NCBI GenBank assembly: GCA_027459785.1
Contig: DAIDGU010000057.1
Location: forward strand, 34,150 to 98,149
DNA: 64,000 nt
From: Ktedonobacteria bacterium
GTDB taxonomy: Bacteria > Chloroflexota > Ktedonobacteria > Ktedonobacterales > JACDGC01
Direction of reading: 5' to 3'
The translations under genes and the position numbers were made by a program. Of this stretch, positions 21,969 to 32,011 are shown in pieces. A model generated the notes under the pieces. That model was not told the origin of the DNA. It searched no databases and was given only the letters and a program-made list of their open reading frames with translations. Within the stretch, counting starts at the first letter, position 1. The number at the start of each line of letters is the position of its first letter.

Positions 21969-22262
21969 ATGTTGCATACACTGATTCTTGGTGCCGTTGC
22001 CCTCGCGCCGGGTAACTGGCTAGTTTGGCTCATCGCGGGCGGTCTCGCCGGCTGGATTGCCGGGCGCTTGATGGGTGGCGGCTTCGGCTTCCTCGGTGAT
22101 ATCATCGTGGGGCTGGTCGGTGCTTTCCTGGGTGCCTTCATCGCCGGTTTCTTCATCAGCGCCAGCTATGGCTTCATTGGCACGCTGATCATCGCCGTGA
22201 TCGGTGCGGTCATTCTGACGGCCATCGTCCACGCCTTCCAGAACCGCTCGGCAGCGGTCTAG
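21969..22262 (+). CDS. GlsB/YeaQ/YmgE family small membrane protein
   Basis: GGLAGWIAG...DIIVGLVGAFLG...AVIGAVIL; AAGGAG RBS. Confidence 0.88.
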   Translation: MLHTLILGAVALAPGNWLVWLIAGGLAGWIAGRLMGGGFGFLGDIIVGLVGAFLGAFIAGFFISASYGFIGTLIIAVIGAVILTAIVHAFQNRSAAV

Positions 22263-22284
22263 TTGAACTAGCTCATCATCAAGC

Positions 22285-22329
22285 ACAGCGAGCGCATGCG
22301 ATCATATGATCGTGTGCGCTCGCTGTTTG
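22285..22329 (+). terminator. Long hairpin, probable intrinsic terminator
   Basis: ACAGCGAGCGCATGCGATCATATGATCGTGTGCGCTCGCTGT then TT, between convergent genes. Confidence 0.65.
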
Positions 22330-22392
22330 ATAGAACCAGGCGGCAGGTGCGAGTGTAATCGTCGGCTCATTCAAAGCTTGCGTCGGGCTACG

Positions 22393-23703
22393 CTAAGCGA
22401 AGGTAGCCGCCAGTTCCGGCAGGCTACGGACGATGCGTGCGCCCTCCCGCAGCAGATCCACATAAGCCGCCGCGCCCGCGCCGTCGGCGTAATCTCGCGC
22501 AGCGACATGGGCAGCTAGTGCGTTGGCTAACGGCGCGTCGCCCGGTTCTGGCAACCCCGGCTCGAAGAGCCACACACGCACGCCCGCGGCATGTGCCTCA
22601 CGTGCCACGTGCAACAAGGCTACATTGCCCGGCCCGATGGGGACAGGACATATAATCGCGCGCCCGGCGTCGCGCAGCGCCAGAAAGGTTGCCGAGCGCC
22701 CCAGGTCGCTCACCGGCGCAAAGGGAGGTTCCGCGATGACTTGCACGGCCAGTTGCTGGGCCAGGGCGTAATCACTGTCGCCGACGTTGAGTACGCCGGC
22801 AGTGAAGGTGATCTGGGCCTCTGCCAGCGCCCGCATCACCAGATCACCCGTGCCACCCCCCGCGATCACGTGCATCGAGACGCTGCCCGCCATCGCTGGC
22901 GCGACCGTTGCGCTGCCTGGCGGCAGCACGCTCAGGTGCTGCGCCCCGCGCAGGATGCCCACGCGCACCGGAATCCCGTAGACGCGCGCCAGCAGGTCGG
23001 GGTCGAGCGTAGTGGAAGGCGGGCCATCGGCGACGATGCCTCGCTGGAAAAGGATCAGGCGCGGGAAGTAGCGCGCCGCCAGGTTCAGATCGTGCAGGGT
23101 CGCCAGCACGGTGATGCCGGTCTCGCGGTTCAATTGCGCGACCAATTCCAGCACCGCGATCTGGTGGCGAATGTCCAGATGGGCCGTCGGCTCGTCGAGC
23201 AACAGCACCTGCGGCGCTTGGGCGAGCGCCATCGCCACCAACACGCGCTGGCGTTCGCCCCCGCTCAGTTCGTTGAACTGCCGCTCCGCCAGGTCGCCCA
23301 CACCCGTCGTCTGGATGGCATCCGCCACGGCGCGGTGATCCTGGTGCGCCAGCATGCCCCAACCCAGCGGCGGCAAATGCGGCGTGCGCCCCATCTCGAT
23401 CATCTGGCGCGCGGTATAGGCGAAGGGCATGGTCAGGTCTTGCGGCACCACCGCCAGCGCCCGTGCAACTTCGCGGCGCGGCAACGTCGCCAGATCGCGC
23501 CCGGCGAACAACACGCGCCCAACCTGGGGGCGCACCACGCCATCCGCCAGCCGCACGAGCGATGTTTTACCCGCGCCGTTCGGCCCCAGCAGCGCCACCA
23601 TCTCGCCGCGCGCCACCGCAAACGACACATCGCGGAACAAAGGCCGCCCAGCCTGATAGCCGAACGTCACGCCCTCAAACGCGAGCAGCGGCGTATCGCT
23701 CAT
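22393..23703 (-). CDS. ABC transporter ATP-binding protein (cobalamin/Fe-siderophore type) with C-terminal extension
   Basis: GPNGAGKT, LSGGERQRV, LLDEPT, LHDLNLA. Confidence 0.88.
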   Translation of the reverse strand: MSDTPLLAFEGVTFGYQAGRPLFRDVSFAVARGEMVALLGPNGAGKTSLVRLADGVVRPQVGRVLFAGRDLATLPRREVARALAVVPQDLTMPFAYTARQMIEMGRTPHLPPLGWGMLAHQDHRAVADAIQTTGVGDLAERQFNELSGGERQRVLVAMALAQAPQVLLLDEPTAHLDIRHQIAVLELVAQLNRETGITVLATLHDLNLAARYFPRLILFQRGIVADGPPSTTLDPDLLARVYGIPVRVGILRGAQHLSVLPPGSATVAPAMAGSVSMHVIAGGGTGDLVMRALAEAQITFTAGVLNVGDSDYALAQQLAVQVIAEPPFAPVSDLGRSATFLALRDAGRAIICPVPIGPGNVALLHVAREAHAAGVRVWLFEPGLPEPGDAPLANALAAHVAARDYADGAGAAAYVDLLREGARIVRSLPELAATFA

Positions 23704-23840
23704 CTCTAATTCGTGTCCTTCGTGATCATTTCGTGGCCTTCGTGTTCACCCATCCATCAGGAGATTATCACCCCCTCTCCATCCGCAGATGGGGAGGGGG
23801 CAGGGGGCAGGGTTCCCGTGCCGCGACGGGATGGGGCCGT

Positions 23841-24533
23841 CTACCCCCCGTTCGCCTTCAGCAGCCCCCGCCGCAGCGCGAAGCGCACCAATTCGGAGCG
23901 GTGGTGCAGGTTCAGCTTCTGCATCAGCCGCGAGCGATAGGTTTCAATCGTCTTGGGGCTGAGGATAAGTTGGTCGGCGATCTCCTGGCTGGAATAGCCT
24001 TCCGCCGTCAGCTTAAGAACCTCGCGCTCACGCTCGCTCAGCTTGCCATATTCATCGCGCTCCTCGTCGGTGTTGCCTTCCAGGTAACGCGAAAGCAAGA
24101 GGCGCGTCGCTGAAGGGTAGAGGAAGACGTTGCCCGCGATGATCGTGCGAATCGCCTCGAAGAGGTCGGAATCCACCCCCTGCTTGAGTACGTAGCCACT
24201 GCCGCCGTCTTCCAGCACCTTGAAAAGATACTCCGCCTCGGCATGCATGGTCAGCGCCAACATCTTGCAAGGCAGTCCCAGGTCGCGGATGCGCCGCATG
24301 GCTTCCAGGCCGTCCATCTTGGGCATGGCGATATCCATGATGATCACGTCGGGCTTGAGGGCTTGCGCACGCTCGATGGCTTCCGCGCCGTCGCCGGCCT
24401 CGCCGACCACGTGCATATCCGGCTGCGCGTCGATCAGCGTGCGCAGGCCCGCGCGCAGGATCGGGTGGTCATCGGCGAGCAAGATGCGAATCGGCAGCGG
24501 TGCGGGTGATGGGTTCGTAGTCGAATGCTCCAT
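23841..24533 (-). CDS. NarL/LuxR family response regulator
   Basis: LADDH, IMDIAMP, LSEREREVL HTH. Confidence 0.93.
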   Translation of the reverse strand: MEHSTTNPSPAPLPIRILLADDHPILRAGLRTLIDAQPDMHVVGEAGDGAEAIERAQALKPDVIIMDIAMPKMDGLEAMRRIRDLGLPCKMLALTMHAEAEYLFKVLEDGGSGYVLKQGVDSDLFEAIRTIIAGNVFLYPSATRLLLSRYLEGNTDEERDEYGKLSEREREVLKLTAEGYSSQEIADQLILSPKTIETYRSRLMQKLNLHHRSELVRFALRRGLLKANGG

Positions 24534-25617
24534 AATGGGGTTGCTCCAAAGGATTCAACGGGATAGCAGCATGGATGATCGTGCCGCTTCCCGGCTGTGA
24601 GGTAATCGCCAGCGTGCCACCCAGCAGGCGCACACGCTCCTCCATGCCGAAAAGGCCCAGGCCCGGCCCCTCTTTGCGCCGTTCGCTGAGTCGCGTCGCC
24701 CGTAGATCGAAGCCGCAGCCATCGTCCGCGATGCTCAAGTCGATCAGGCCGCCCGTGTGCCGCAGCGTAATACTCACGCTCTGCGCCTCGGCATGTTTGG
24801 CGATGTTCGTCAGCGATTCCTGGACGACCCGATAGACTGCCATCGCGCGGTCCACCGGCAGATCCGGTGCCTCCTCCGGCAGATCGGTCTGGACGGCGAT
24901 GCGCGTGCGCTCGGCGTAATCGCGCGCCAGCGCCCGGAGCGCCGGCAAAAGGCCAAGCTGCTCCAGCGCGGGAGGGCGCAAATCCAGGGCCAGCCGCCGC
25001 ACTTGGTCGATGGCATCCGAGACTGCGGCGCGCAGATCCTGCAAATCACTTTGGACGGCGACGGCCTGGGGCGCTGCCTCGATAATCTTGAGCCGCACCA
25101 GCAGGAAGGTCAGCGCCTGCCCGATCTGGTCGTGCAGTTCGCGGGCAATGCGCGCCCGCTCGTCTTCTTGCGCCCGCAAGACGCCAGCGGAAAGATCCTG
25201 CACGCGATCTTGATACCGTTGCACGTGGTCGAGCATCTCGTTCAGCGTTCCAGCAACGCTGGCGAGGTCAGCATCTGCCAACGGCGAGGCTGGCACGCGC
25301 GCGTTCAGTTCACCACGATCCAGAGCGGCGACGGTGCCACGCAGATCGCGCAGCGGGCGCATGGCCGCGCGCAGCAGCAGCGTATTCAGCGTGATCGTCA
25401 GCGCCACGCCGGTCACGGTGAACGCCAGCGCCAAGGTCGCGCCGCTGCCCTCAAAATGGCCGCCGAAGCGCAAGGTGAGCGCCGTGCCGGCGAAAGCTCC
25501 CAGCGTCACCAACAGCGAATTGGCGATGAGAAGTTTGTAGAACAGTGGGAAGCGCAATAAACGCGCGATGATATCCCGCGCTGTGCGCGCCACCGAAAGG
25601 TGTGATTCAGTCAGCAT
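24469..25617 (-). CDS. Membrane sensor histidine kinase (HAMP, HisKA_3)
   Basis: Two TM, ERARIARELHD, ESLTNIAKH, DDGCGF, GLGL; start 25617 or 25626. Confidence 0.9.
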   Translation of the reverse strand: MLTESHLSVARTARDIIARLLRFPLFYKLLIANSLLVTLGAFAGTALTLRFGGHFEGSGATLALAFTVTGVALTITLNTLLLRAAMRPLRDLRGTVAALDRGELNARVPASPLADADLASVAGTLNEMLDHVQRYQDRVQDLSAGVLRAQEDERARIARELHDQIGQALTFLLVRLKIIEAAPQAVAVQSDLQDLRAAVSDAIDQVRRLALDLRPPALEQLGLLPALRALARDYAERTRIAVQTDLPEEAPDLPVDRAMAVYRVVQESLTNIAKHAEAQSVSITLRHTGGLIDLSIADDGCGFDLRATRLSERRKEGPGLGLFGMEERVRLLGGTLAITSQPGSGTIIHAAIPLNPLEQPHYGAFDYEPITRTAADSHLARR

Positions 25618-25824
25618 AGCTTCCATCGCGTGCGGCAGAGTGTGAGGCCACACGCTCTCAGCTTTATTATACCGCAAACGGCGGGGCTGCTGGCGGTTTC
25701 TGGCAATAGGAAAGAAAAGCAACCGACATATTAATGGCTTACATTGCAGCTTGTATGGTAGACTTTGGTTATCTTCTTGCGCCTGTGATGGCGAACAAAG
25801 CGAACGAGGAGGCATCGCATCGCT

Positions 25825-27336
25825 ATGCGACGTGCGATCATATTAGTCTGTTTGGCGCTACTTGCCGCCGGCTGTGGTTCGTCCAGTGTTGCGGCACCAG
25901 GGGCGACAACGATCACGCCGAATCCCATGACAGGCGCGCAAGATTGGCTGCAATTCGGTGACGACGGCCAGCATTCCGGCGCAAATCCCAACGAGACACA
26001 ATTGAGCCTGAGCAATGTCAGTGGCTTGCATCGCCTGTGGGCCGTAAAGCTGCCGGCGAAGGCAGATTCCACTCCTGTGCTTATTGGCTCAATCAAGGAG
26101 CCGAATGGCAAGCAGGGTGCCGTGATCTACGTCACCACCACGAATGGATCGCTCGTCGCGCTGGATGCCGCGACCGGCGCGCAACTCTGGCAAAAGACGA
26201 CGCAGGGACAGAAGTTGACGAACTCTTCGCCTGCTATCGATCCTAACAAGCAGTACGTCTATAGCTACGGGTTGGATGGCAAGGTGCATAAGTATGCTGC
26301 GACGAACGGCAACGAGGAGACGGGGAATGGCTGGCCACTCACCACGACGTTGATGACGGATGTCGAAAAGGAATCATCGGCGTTGACCATCGCCAACGGG
26401 CGGATCTATGTGACGATGAGCGGCTACAATGGCGATTTCGGCCATTACATCGGCCATGTCGTCTCCATGCCGCTCAGCGGTGGCACACCTGCCGTCTGGA
26501 ATGCGCTGTGCAGCAACAAGCATGAATTGCTGGGCCGGACGCAAGGCCAGGAGAACTATTGTGGTGATCGACAAGCGGGCATTTGGTCGCGGGCCGGCAC
26601 GGTGGCCGATCCCGCCACAGGCAGCGTGTATGTCGTGACGGGCAACGGGCCATACACGGCGAACACCAGCGGCGGCGTGAGTTGGGGCGACAGCGTCATC
26701 GCGCTCAGCGCCGACCTCAGCCATGTCGTCGATTCGTATACGCCGACGAACCATACATTCTTGAATAAGACAGATGTCGATCTCGGCAGCACGTCGCCGG
26801 CACTGTTGCCGCGCATCCCGAACAGCAATACCCCGCTGCTGGCCGTGCAGGGCGGCAAAGACGGCATCTTGCGCTTGTTGAACCGGCAAAACCTCAGCGG
26901 GCAGGGCGGTCCCGGTCACGTGGGCGGCGAGGTCGCCACCACCGGCGTCCCTGGTCCCGGCGGCAAAGATTTGGTGTTTACCCAGCCGACGGTGTGGACC
27001 GATGCATCTGGCACGATCTGGGTCTTTGTCGCGGATAGCCTCGGCACCGCCGGCTATCAGGTGCAGACGGACGGTTCCGGCAAAACGACGCTCCACCAGG
27101 CATGGATCATCAACCAGGGTGGCAACTCAATGGTGATGGCGCATGGCGTGCTGATCTTGCCCACCAACGGCAAGTTGCTGGCGCTCGATCCCCAGTCCGG
27201 CAAGACCGTGTGGGATAGCTCCACCGCAGCAGCCGTCGGCACCATCGGCAGCATTCACTGGGAAAGTCCCATCGTCGTCAATGGCCATATCTATATGACC
27301 GACGAGAGCGGCAATATGTACGCCTACGGTCTATAG
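25825..27336 (+). CDS. Lipoprotein with PQQ-like beta-propeller repeats
   Basis: Lipobox LLAAG-C, DWLQFG, LVALDAATGAQLW repeats. Confidence 0.8.
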   Translation: MRRAIILVCLALLAAGCGSSSVAAPGATTITPNPMTGAQDWLQFGDDGQHSGANPNETQLSLSNVSGLHRLWAVKLPAKADSTPVLIGSIKEPNGKQGAVIYVTTTNGSLVALDAATGAQLWQKTTQGQKLTNSSPAIDPNKQYVYSYGLDGKVHKYAATNGNEETGNGWPLTTTLMTDVEKESSALTIANGRIYVTMSGYNGDFGHYIGHVVSMPLSGGTPAVWNALCSNKHELLGRTQGQENYCGDRQAGIWSRAGTVADPATGSVYVVTGNGPYTANTSGGVSWGDSVIALSADLSHVVDSYTPTNHTFLNKTDVDLGSTSPALLPRIPNSNTPLLAVQGGKDGILRLLNRQNLSGQGGPGHVGGEVATTGVPGPGGKDLVFTQPTVWTDASGTIWVFVADSLGTAGYQVQTDGSGKTTLHQAWIINQGGNSMVMAHGVLILPTNGKLLALDPQSGKTVWDSSTAAAVGTIGSIHWESPIVVNGHIYMTDESGNMYAYGL

Positions 27337-27416
27337 CGAGGCCGATGAAAGCGGAATATCCACGGCAACGATCCAGCGGTGGATATTCCTCTCTTCCCTG
27401 CGCGAGATACAGCGTA

Positions 27417-27432
27417 TGTTCCACGTGGAACA
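27417..27432. promoter_or_regulatory. parS site (perfect)
   Basis: TGTTCCACGTGGAACA 16/16. Confidence 0.9.
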
Positions 27433-27592
27433 ACTACCGCTGCTGGTTGCAGCGTCATTTTACCAATATGACGAAAGATTTGCCCTCTCCCCAGAATCCT
27501 CGTGATATGCTATACTGGCGCGGCAAAGAATTTTTGGCAAACACACCGTGGCGCTAGATTTGGCAGTTCAGAGTGAAGGGGTTTTATCAGGC

Positions 27593-29017
27593 ATGCAACG
27601 CTATCCGCTCGTCAGCACACCATTGCCGCCACAGGCCCCGCTGATCTTGCTCTTCGAGCGCAACGACGCCGTCGCGGTGCCGCTCATCCCGCAGTTACGC
27701 ATGGCGGGTTATGACGTGCGCGCCGCACGTATCCCCGTGGAAGTCTTCAGCCTGATGCAGCGCGAGAAGATCGATCTGGTGCTGATCGACCTGGGCAACG
27801 CCGCCGCCAACCGGCGCGAGTTCTGGGTAGGTCTGGATTCCCAGCGGCGCACGCGCACTGTGCATGTGCTGACCTTCCGTTACATGGCGACGGGCGAAAC
27901 AGGCGAGCTGGAAGCGGGCCTGCGCGTGGCGCGGGCGGATGTCGAGATTCAGAGCGCGCAAGGCTTCGGCGCACTGATCGATGCCATACGGGCGCGCGTG
28001 CCAGGGGCCGTGCCGGTGGCGCAGTTCAACGGGCCGCCGCCCGCCACGCCGGCGCTGCCTTTCTCTGGCGCGGGATCCTCCCCCCTCGCGCCACAACGCC
28101 CACCCACAGGGTCGCCCTTTGGCGGCGCTGCGTCAAATCCCCTCGCGCCGCAAGCGCCCGGCGCGCGCAACGGTCAGCCGGCTCGCCCTATGCCCCCCGT
28201 CGAAGATGAGTCTTCGCCCTTCGCCCAGCCCTATAGCAATAATCCTTTCAAAAGTGGGGGACGTGGAACGCCCACGCCGCCAGCCCTCCCGCCGCCAGGG
28301 GCAAAGCCGAGTGTCGCGCCCGCCAACAGCAACGGCAGTGCCGCATGGTCGCCCGCCACACCGCGCCCCGGCAATCGCGTCGGTCTGGGTGGTTCGCTGG
28401 AAGACTTCGCCAGAGGGTTTGCGCCCGCCGGTTCCCCCGCCGCCACCAATGGCCAGCAGCCCGCTGGCAGCGGCAAAACCGTCGATGCCGTCGCCAAACC
28501 CAAACCCGCTATCGACGATGCCTGGACGCCGCCGGATGCCGCACCACCGCGCCGTGGCATCGCTTATCGTGGCTACGAAGATGAGCCGCTGGCACCCGAC
28601 GATCCCCGCATCGAAGAAAATACGTCGGTGGTCCCCGCCGTCGTTTTCGATCAAGCGGAACGCCAGGGCGATGCCCGCACGGAACGGGCGCTGAGTACGA
28701 TCCTGATGGATAGCGCCGTCATGGCCCCCAAGCGCCTCGATGCCCTGCGCGCCGTCCAGCAGACGTTGGCCGCCGTGGGAATGGATTTTTCGCTGGGCGA
28801 CCTGGCCTTGCTCTTCAAGTTCTTGACGCCGGATCAGTTGCTGGCGGCCCTGCTGGTGAGTCGCGGCATCGTCACCGCCGAGGAGATCGCCTCCTTGGGG
28901 CGCATCAAGCAAGAGTTGCTCGCCACGGGCAAGGACTACGATCTGGAAACGCTGCTGGTGATGTTCAACGTGCTACCCCCCGATGAAGTCAAGGCGCTGA
29001 AAGCCGAACTCGGCTAG
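27593..29017 (+). CDS. Atypical receiver domain, Pro-rich linker and helical repeat C-terminus
   Basis: ILLFERND...GYDV...DLVLIDLG receiver-like N-terminus; long P/A/G/S linker. Confidence 0.7.
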   Translation: MQRYPLVSTPLPPQAPLILLFERNDAVAVPLIPQLRMAGYDVRAARIPVEVFSLMQREKIDLVLIDLGNAAANRREFWVGLDSQRRTRTVHVLTFRYMATGETGELEAGLRVARADVEIQSAQGFGALIDAIRARVPGAVPVAQFNGPPPATPALPFSGAGSSPLAPQRPPTGSPFGGAASNPLAPQAPGARNGQPARPMPPVEDESSPFAQPYSNNPFKSGGRGTPTPPALPPPGAKPSVAPANSNGSAAWSPATPRPGNRVGLGGSLEDFARGFAPAGSPAATNGQQPAGSGKTVDAVAKPKPAIDDAWTPPDAAPPRRGIAYRGYEDEPLAPDDPRIEENTSVVPAVVFDQAERQGDARTERALSTILMDSAVMAPKRLDALRAVQQTLAAVGMDFSLGDLALLFKFLTPDQLLAALLVSRGIVTAEEIASLGRIKQELLATGKDYDLETLLVMFNVLPPDEVKALKAELG

Positions 29018-29065
29018 CTGCCTATTCTGATGATGGTGACATCCTTCGGCTCGCAGGGGCTATCC

Positions 29066-30175
29066 TCAGTCGATCCCCACAACCTCACGCGCCCCATTCT
29101 CCCAGACGCTGGTCTCCCAGTCGTCGTGGGACTCTGCTGCTGGCAACCAGGGCGGTAGATCGATGAGCAAGAGGTGGCCCAGCGCGGCGACATACGGCTC
29201 GTAGGAACTGCGCAATTCGGCCAGGCGCGCTTCTGCCGTGGCCTCGTCGTGGAAGCGCATACCCACATCGCGCAGTAGCGCGACCAGCGCCTGAAAATCG
29301 GCATGGGGCAGGCGATCCACAGGTTGGACAGGTTTGGTCAAGAAGATCTGGCTGAGATCGACCGAGGCGTGACGAGCGATGGCGAAAGTCAGCCGTGCCG
29401 CCTGCGGCGGCAGTTCGTTCAAGCCGATCATTACCAGGGCGCAGGTGTCCATGATCATCGTGATTGCCGCCAGCCAGGACTGATTCTCATGTTGCGAGCG
29501 AAAATAGGCCAGGAAGGGATAGGAGAGATGGCTTTCCAGCAATTCCGCCGCCCAGCGCTCCCAGTCGCGCAAAAATTGCGTCAGCCCCTCGCGGTCCTGC
29601 TCACAATGGCGACGCAACATCTCCACGGCGGAAGGCGGCGAACCGGCGCGGGCATCCAGCAGCGAGATATTCACTTCGCGGTGCGAGAAGGCTTGGTAGA
29701 GGACCGGCAGATAGCCGATCACCAGCGCCAGCAAGCCGAACCCCGTCGCCGCCTCGATGACGGTGAGGAAGCGCGCCAGCGGCGAGATCGGCGTCACGTC
29801 GCCCAACCCCAGCGTGAAAAACGTTGTCCCGCTCATATACAGTTCGGTGCCGAACGAAACCGGTCCCGTGGTGTTCGCTAAGCGTGAGCCGGCAGACCAC
29901 TGTAACATGGCATAGCCGATGAGCAGCAACATGGTCCACATCCCCAACAAGATGATCAGCGAGAGCGGACCGAATGGGCCAAGGATGCGTTCGCGCGTGC
30001 GCGCCTGATGCACCCGGCGGGCAATGAAGGTGACGGGGAACCACGTGACACGGTAGACTAGGCGCGTCAGACGCACGCGCCGCGAGACACGCCGTGGTAA
30101 CAAGACCGTCTCGAAGGCATCCCACAAGACGGCGAAGATAATGATCAATGCGGCGACGGCGACGAGGAAATGCAT
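29066..30175 (-). CDS. Potassium-channel-family (Ion_trans_2-like) membrane protein
   Basis: Pore-loop YMSGTTFFTLGLGD flanked by TM helices. Confidence 0.8.
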   Translation of the reverse strand: MHFLVAVAALIIIFAVLWDAFETVLLPRRVSRRVRLTRLVYRVTWFPVTFIARRVHQARTRERILGPFGPLSLIILLGMWTMLLLIGYAMLQWSAGSRLANTTGPVSFGTELYMSGTTFFTLGLGDVTPISPLARFLTVIEAATGFGLLALVIGYLPVLYQAFSHREVNISLLDARAGSPPSAVEMLRRHCEQDREGLTQFLRDWERWAAELLESHLSYPFLAYFRSQHENQSWLAAITMIMDTCALVMIGLNELPPQAARLTFAIARHASVDLSQIFLTKPVQPVDRLPHADFQALVALLRDVGMRFHDEATAEARLAELRSSYEPYVAALGHLLLIDLPPWLPAAESHDDWETSVWENGAREVVGID

Positions 30176-30309
30176 GACTACTCCAATTCTCTCTAGCAAA
30201 CACATCAGCATCTCAGCGATGTGCTATGATCAATTATAGAACACGGGAACATGTTCGCCTGGCGCATGATGCCGCCAACATATAACGCACCAAGCGCGAG
30301 AATAATGAC

Positions 30310-31407
30310 ATGAACCAACAGCTTGTTTTCAGCCGAGGACGCCTCGCGTTGGCCGTCGGTCTCATCGGCCTGATCATCCTGGGCGTGGCACTGATGGCGC
30401 ACAGCGGCAACGCAGCGAACGCGGGTGGGTGTGTCAGCAGCAGTGCCGCCGCGCCCGCGCAACCCCACGGCCCTTTCACCGAATTCACCGCGCCGCATCC
30501 CCAAAGCGATCTGATGTCGCCAGCGATTGATGCCCAGGGCAACATCTGGTTCGGCGAGATGGGTGGCAACCGGCTGGGCGAACTGAATCCCGCGACGCAG
30601 ACGATCACCGAGTGGACGCCACCGCAGGGCAAGAGTGGCATCATGGGCATCCAGGCCGACGCGCACGGCAACATCTGGTACGCCGAACTGAATGGTAATT
30701 ACATCGGGCGCTTCATTCCCGCGACCTGCCAGTTCAGCACCTATCCCCTGCCTGCTGCGGGATCACACCTGGCCGCGCCGAATGGCATTGCCATCGCGCC
30801 GGATGGGACGATCTGGGTGACGCAAGAAGGCAACGACCGCATCGGCGGACTCGATCCGGCGACCGGCAAGCTCAGCGAATACAGCGTCGGCGCAGGCAAT
30901 CTCAACCAGCCGGTGGTCCCCTATGGCATCGCCGCCGCGCCGGACGGCACCATCTGGTTCACCGAACTGGTCGGCAATCACATCGACCGGCTGAATCCCA
31001 AGACCGGCGCGATCCAGCGGCTACCCATCAACTCGTCCCAAGCGGAGGCAAACACCATCGCCATCGGGCCGGATGGCACCGTCTGGTTCACTGAGATGAC
31101 CAACGGGGTGCTGGGACGAATCGATCCGGCGACCAATGCGATCACGACCTATACCGTCCCTACAACGAACGGTCCCACTGCGCAGCTCTACGACGTGGCG
31201 GTGGATGCCCACGGGATCGTCTGGCTGACCAGCAGCGGCGCGAACGCGCTCTTCCGCTTTGATCCCACCACGCAGGGCTGGCAAGCGATCACGCTACCAC
31301 AAGCGCAGAGCGTCCCTTTCGGGCTGACCCTGGGCGCGCACGGTGCCGTGTGGTTCACCGAAGCCAACCCCGCCGCGAACCGGTTGGGCATGTATCAGAG
31401 CAGCTAG
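30310..31407 (+). CDS. Exported Vgb (virginiamycin B lyase-like) beta-propeller protein
   Basis: N-terminal hydrophobic helix; repeated GIAxxPDGxIWFTE units. Confidence 0.82.
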   Translation: MNQQLVFSRGRLALAVGLIGLIILGVALMAHSGNAANAGGCVSSSAAAPAQPHGPFTEFTAPHPQSDLMSPAIDAQGNIWFGEMGGNRLGELNPATQTITEWTPPQGKSGIMGIQADAHGNIWYAELNGNYIGRFIPATCQFSTYPLPAAGSHLAAPNGIAIAPDGTIWVTQEGNDRIGGLDPATGKLSEYSVGAGNLNQPVVPYGIAAAPDGTIWFTELVGNHIDRLNPKTGAIQRLPINSSQAEANTIAIGPDGTVWFTEMTNGVLGRIDPATNAITTYTVPTTNGPTAQLYDVAVDAHGIVWLTSSGANALFRFDPTTQGWQAITLPQAQSVPFGLTLGAHGAVWFTEANPAANRLGMYQSS

Positions 31408-31410
31408 CAA

Positions 31411-31956
31411 CTATTTCCCCGTGGTTTCATGGGGTGCGGCAACCGGCGCGACATCGTGGTCGGCGAAGTAGAAGCGCCAGTGGCCGGTGCCAGCGATGAA
31501 GGGCTGCATCAGCGCGCGTTCTGCCTGCACGGTGTGCATCAGATCATGCGCGGCCCACTCGTGGAGGAGTTGGCTCAGCGTCACCAGCCCCAGTTCGCTG
31601 TGCCGCGCCGTGCGGGCCAGGTCGGCTGCCGTCACGCTGGCCAGCAGGGGCAGGTTCGCCGCGCGCCGTTGCGCGAATTCCGCTGCGAGCTTCGCGGGCG
31701 TCATCTGCGTATAATCCAACCCCTCGGCATCGGGATCGAACGCAGGGAAGTCCTGGCCGGCCAGCAATGCCCGCACCCGTACCGGCCAGACGAATTGCTC
31801 CACATCCGTCAGATGTCCCAAGCAGTCTACCGCTGACCATTCACCCGGCTGGGGCGTGCGGGTCAGCAAGTCGTCCGGCAGCGTCGCCGTCAGGTTTTGC
31901 CAGCGCGGCGCGGTCGTCGCCAGCACGGCCTGGATCTGTTCGAGTATCGGTGTCAC
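31411..31956 (-). CDS. DinB family protein
   Basis: GEWSAVDCLGHL and WAAHDLMH; AGGAGG RBS before GTG 31956. Confidence 0.85.
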   Translation of the reverse strand: MTPILEQIQAVLATTAPRWQNLTATLPDDLLTRTPQPGEWSAVDCLGHLTDVEQFVWPVRVRALLAGQDFPAFDPDAEGLDYTQMTPAKLAAEFAQRRAANLPLLASVTAADLARTARHSELGLVTLSQLLHEWAAHDLMHTVQAERALMQPFIAGTGHWRFYFADHDVAPVAAPHETTGK

Positions 31957-32011
31957 GTGAAAATTCCTCCTGAAGCACATCTTGCTTAATAGCCCTATTA
32001 TCTGTACCACA

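Noticed and set aside
28255..28270. parS half-sites in coding DNA (also 32677, 48535)
   Set aside because: Only 10-11 of 16 matches, plausible by chance
30239..30256. LexA box candidate GAACATGTTC
   Set aside because: Spacing is GAAC-N2-GTTC rather than N4, and the flanking genes are not SOS genes
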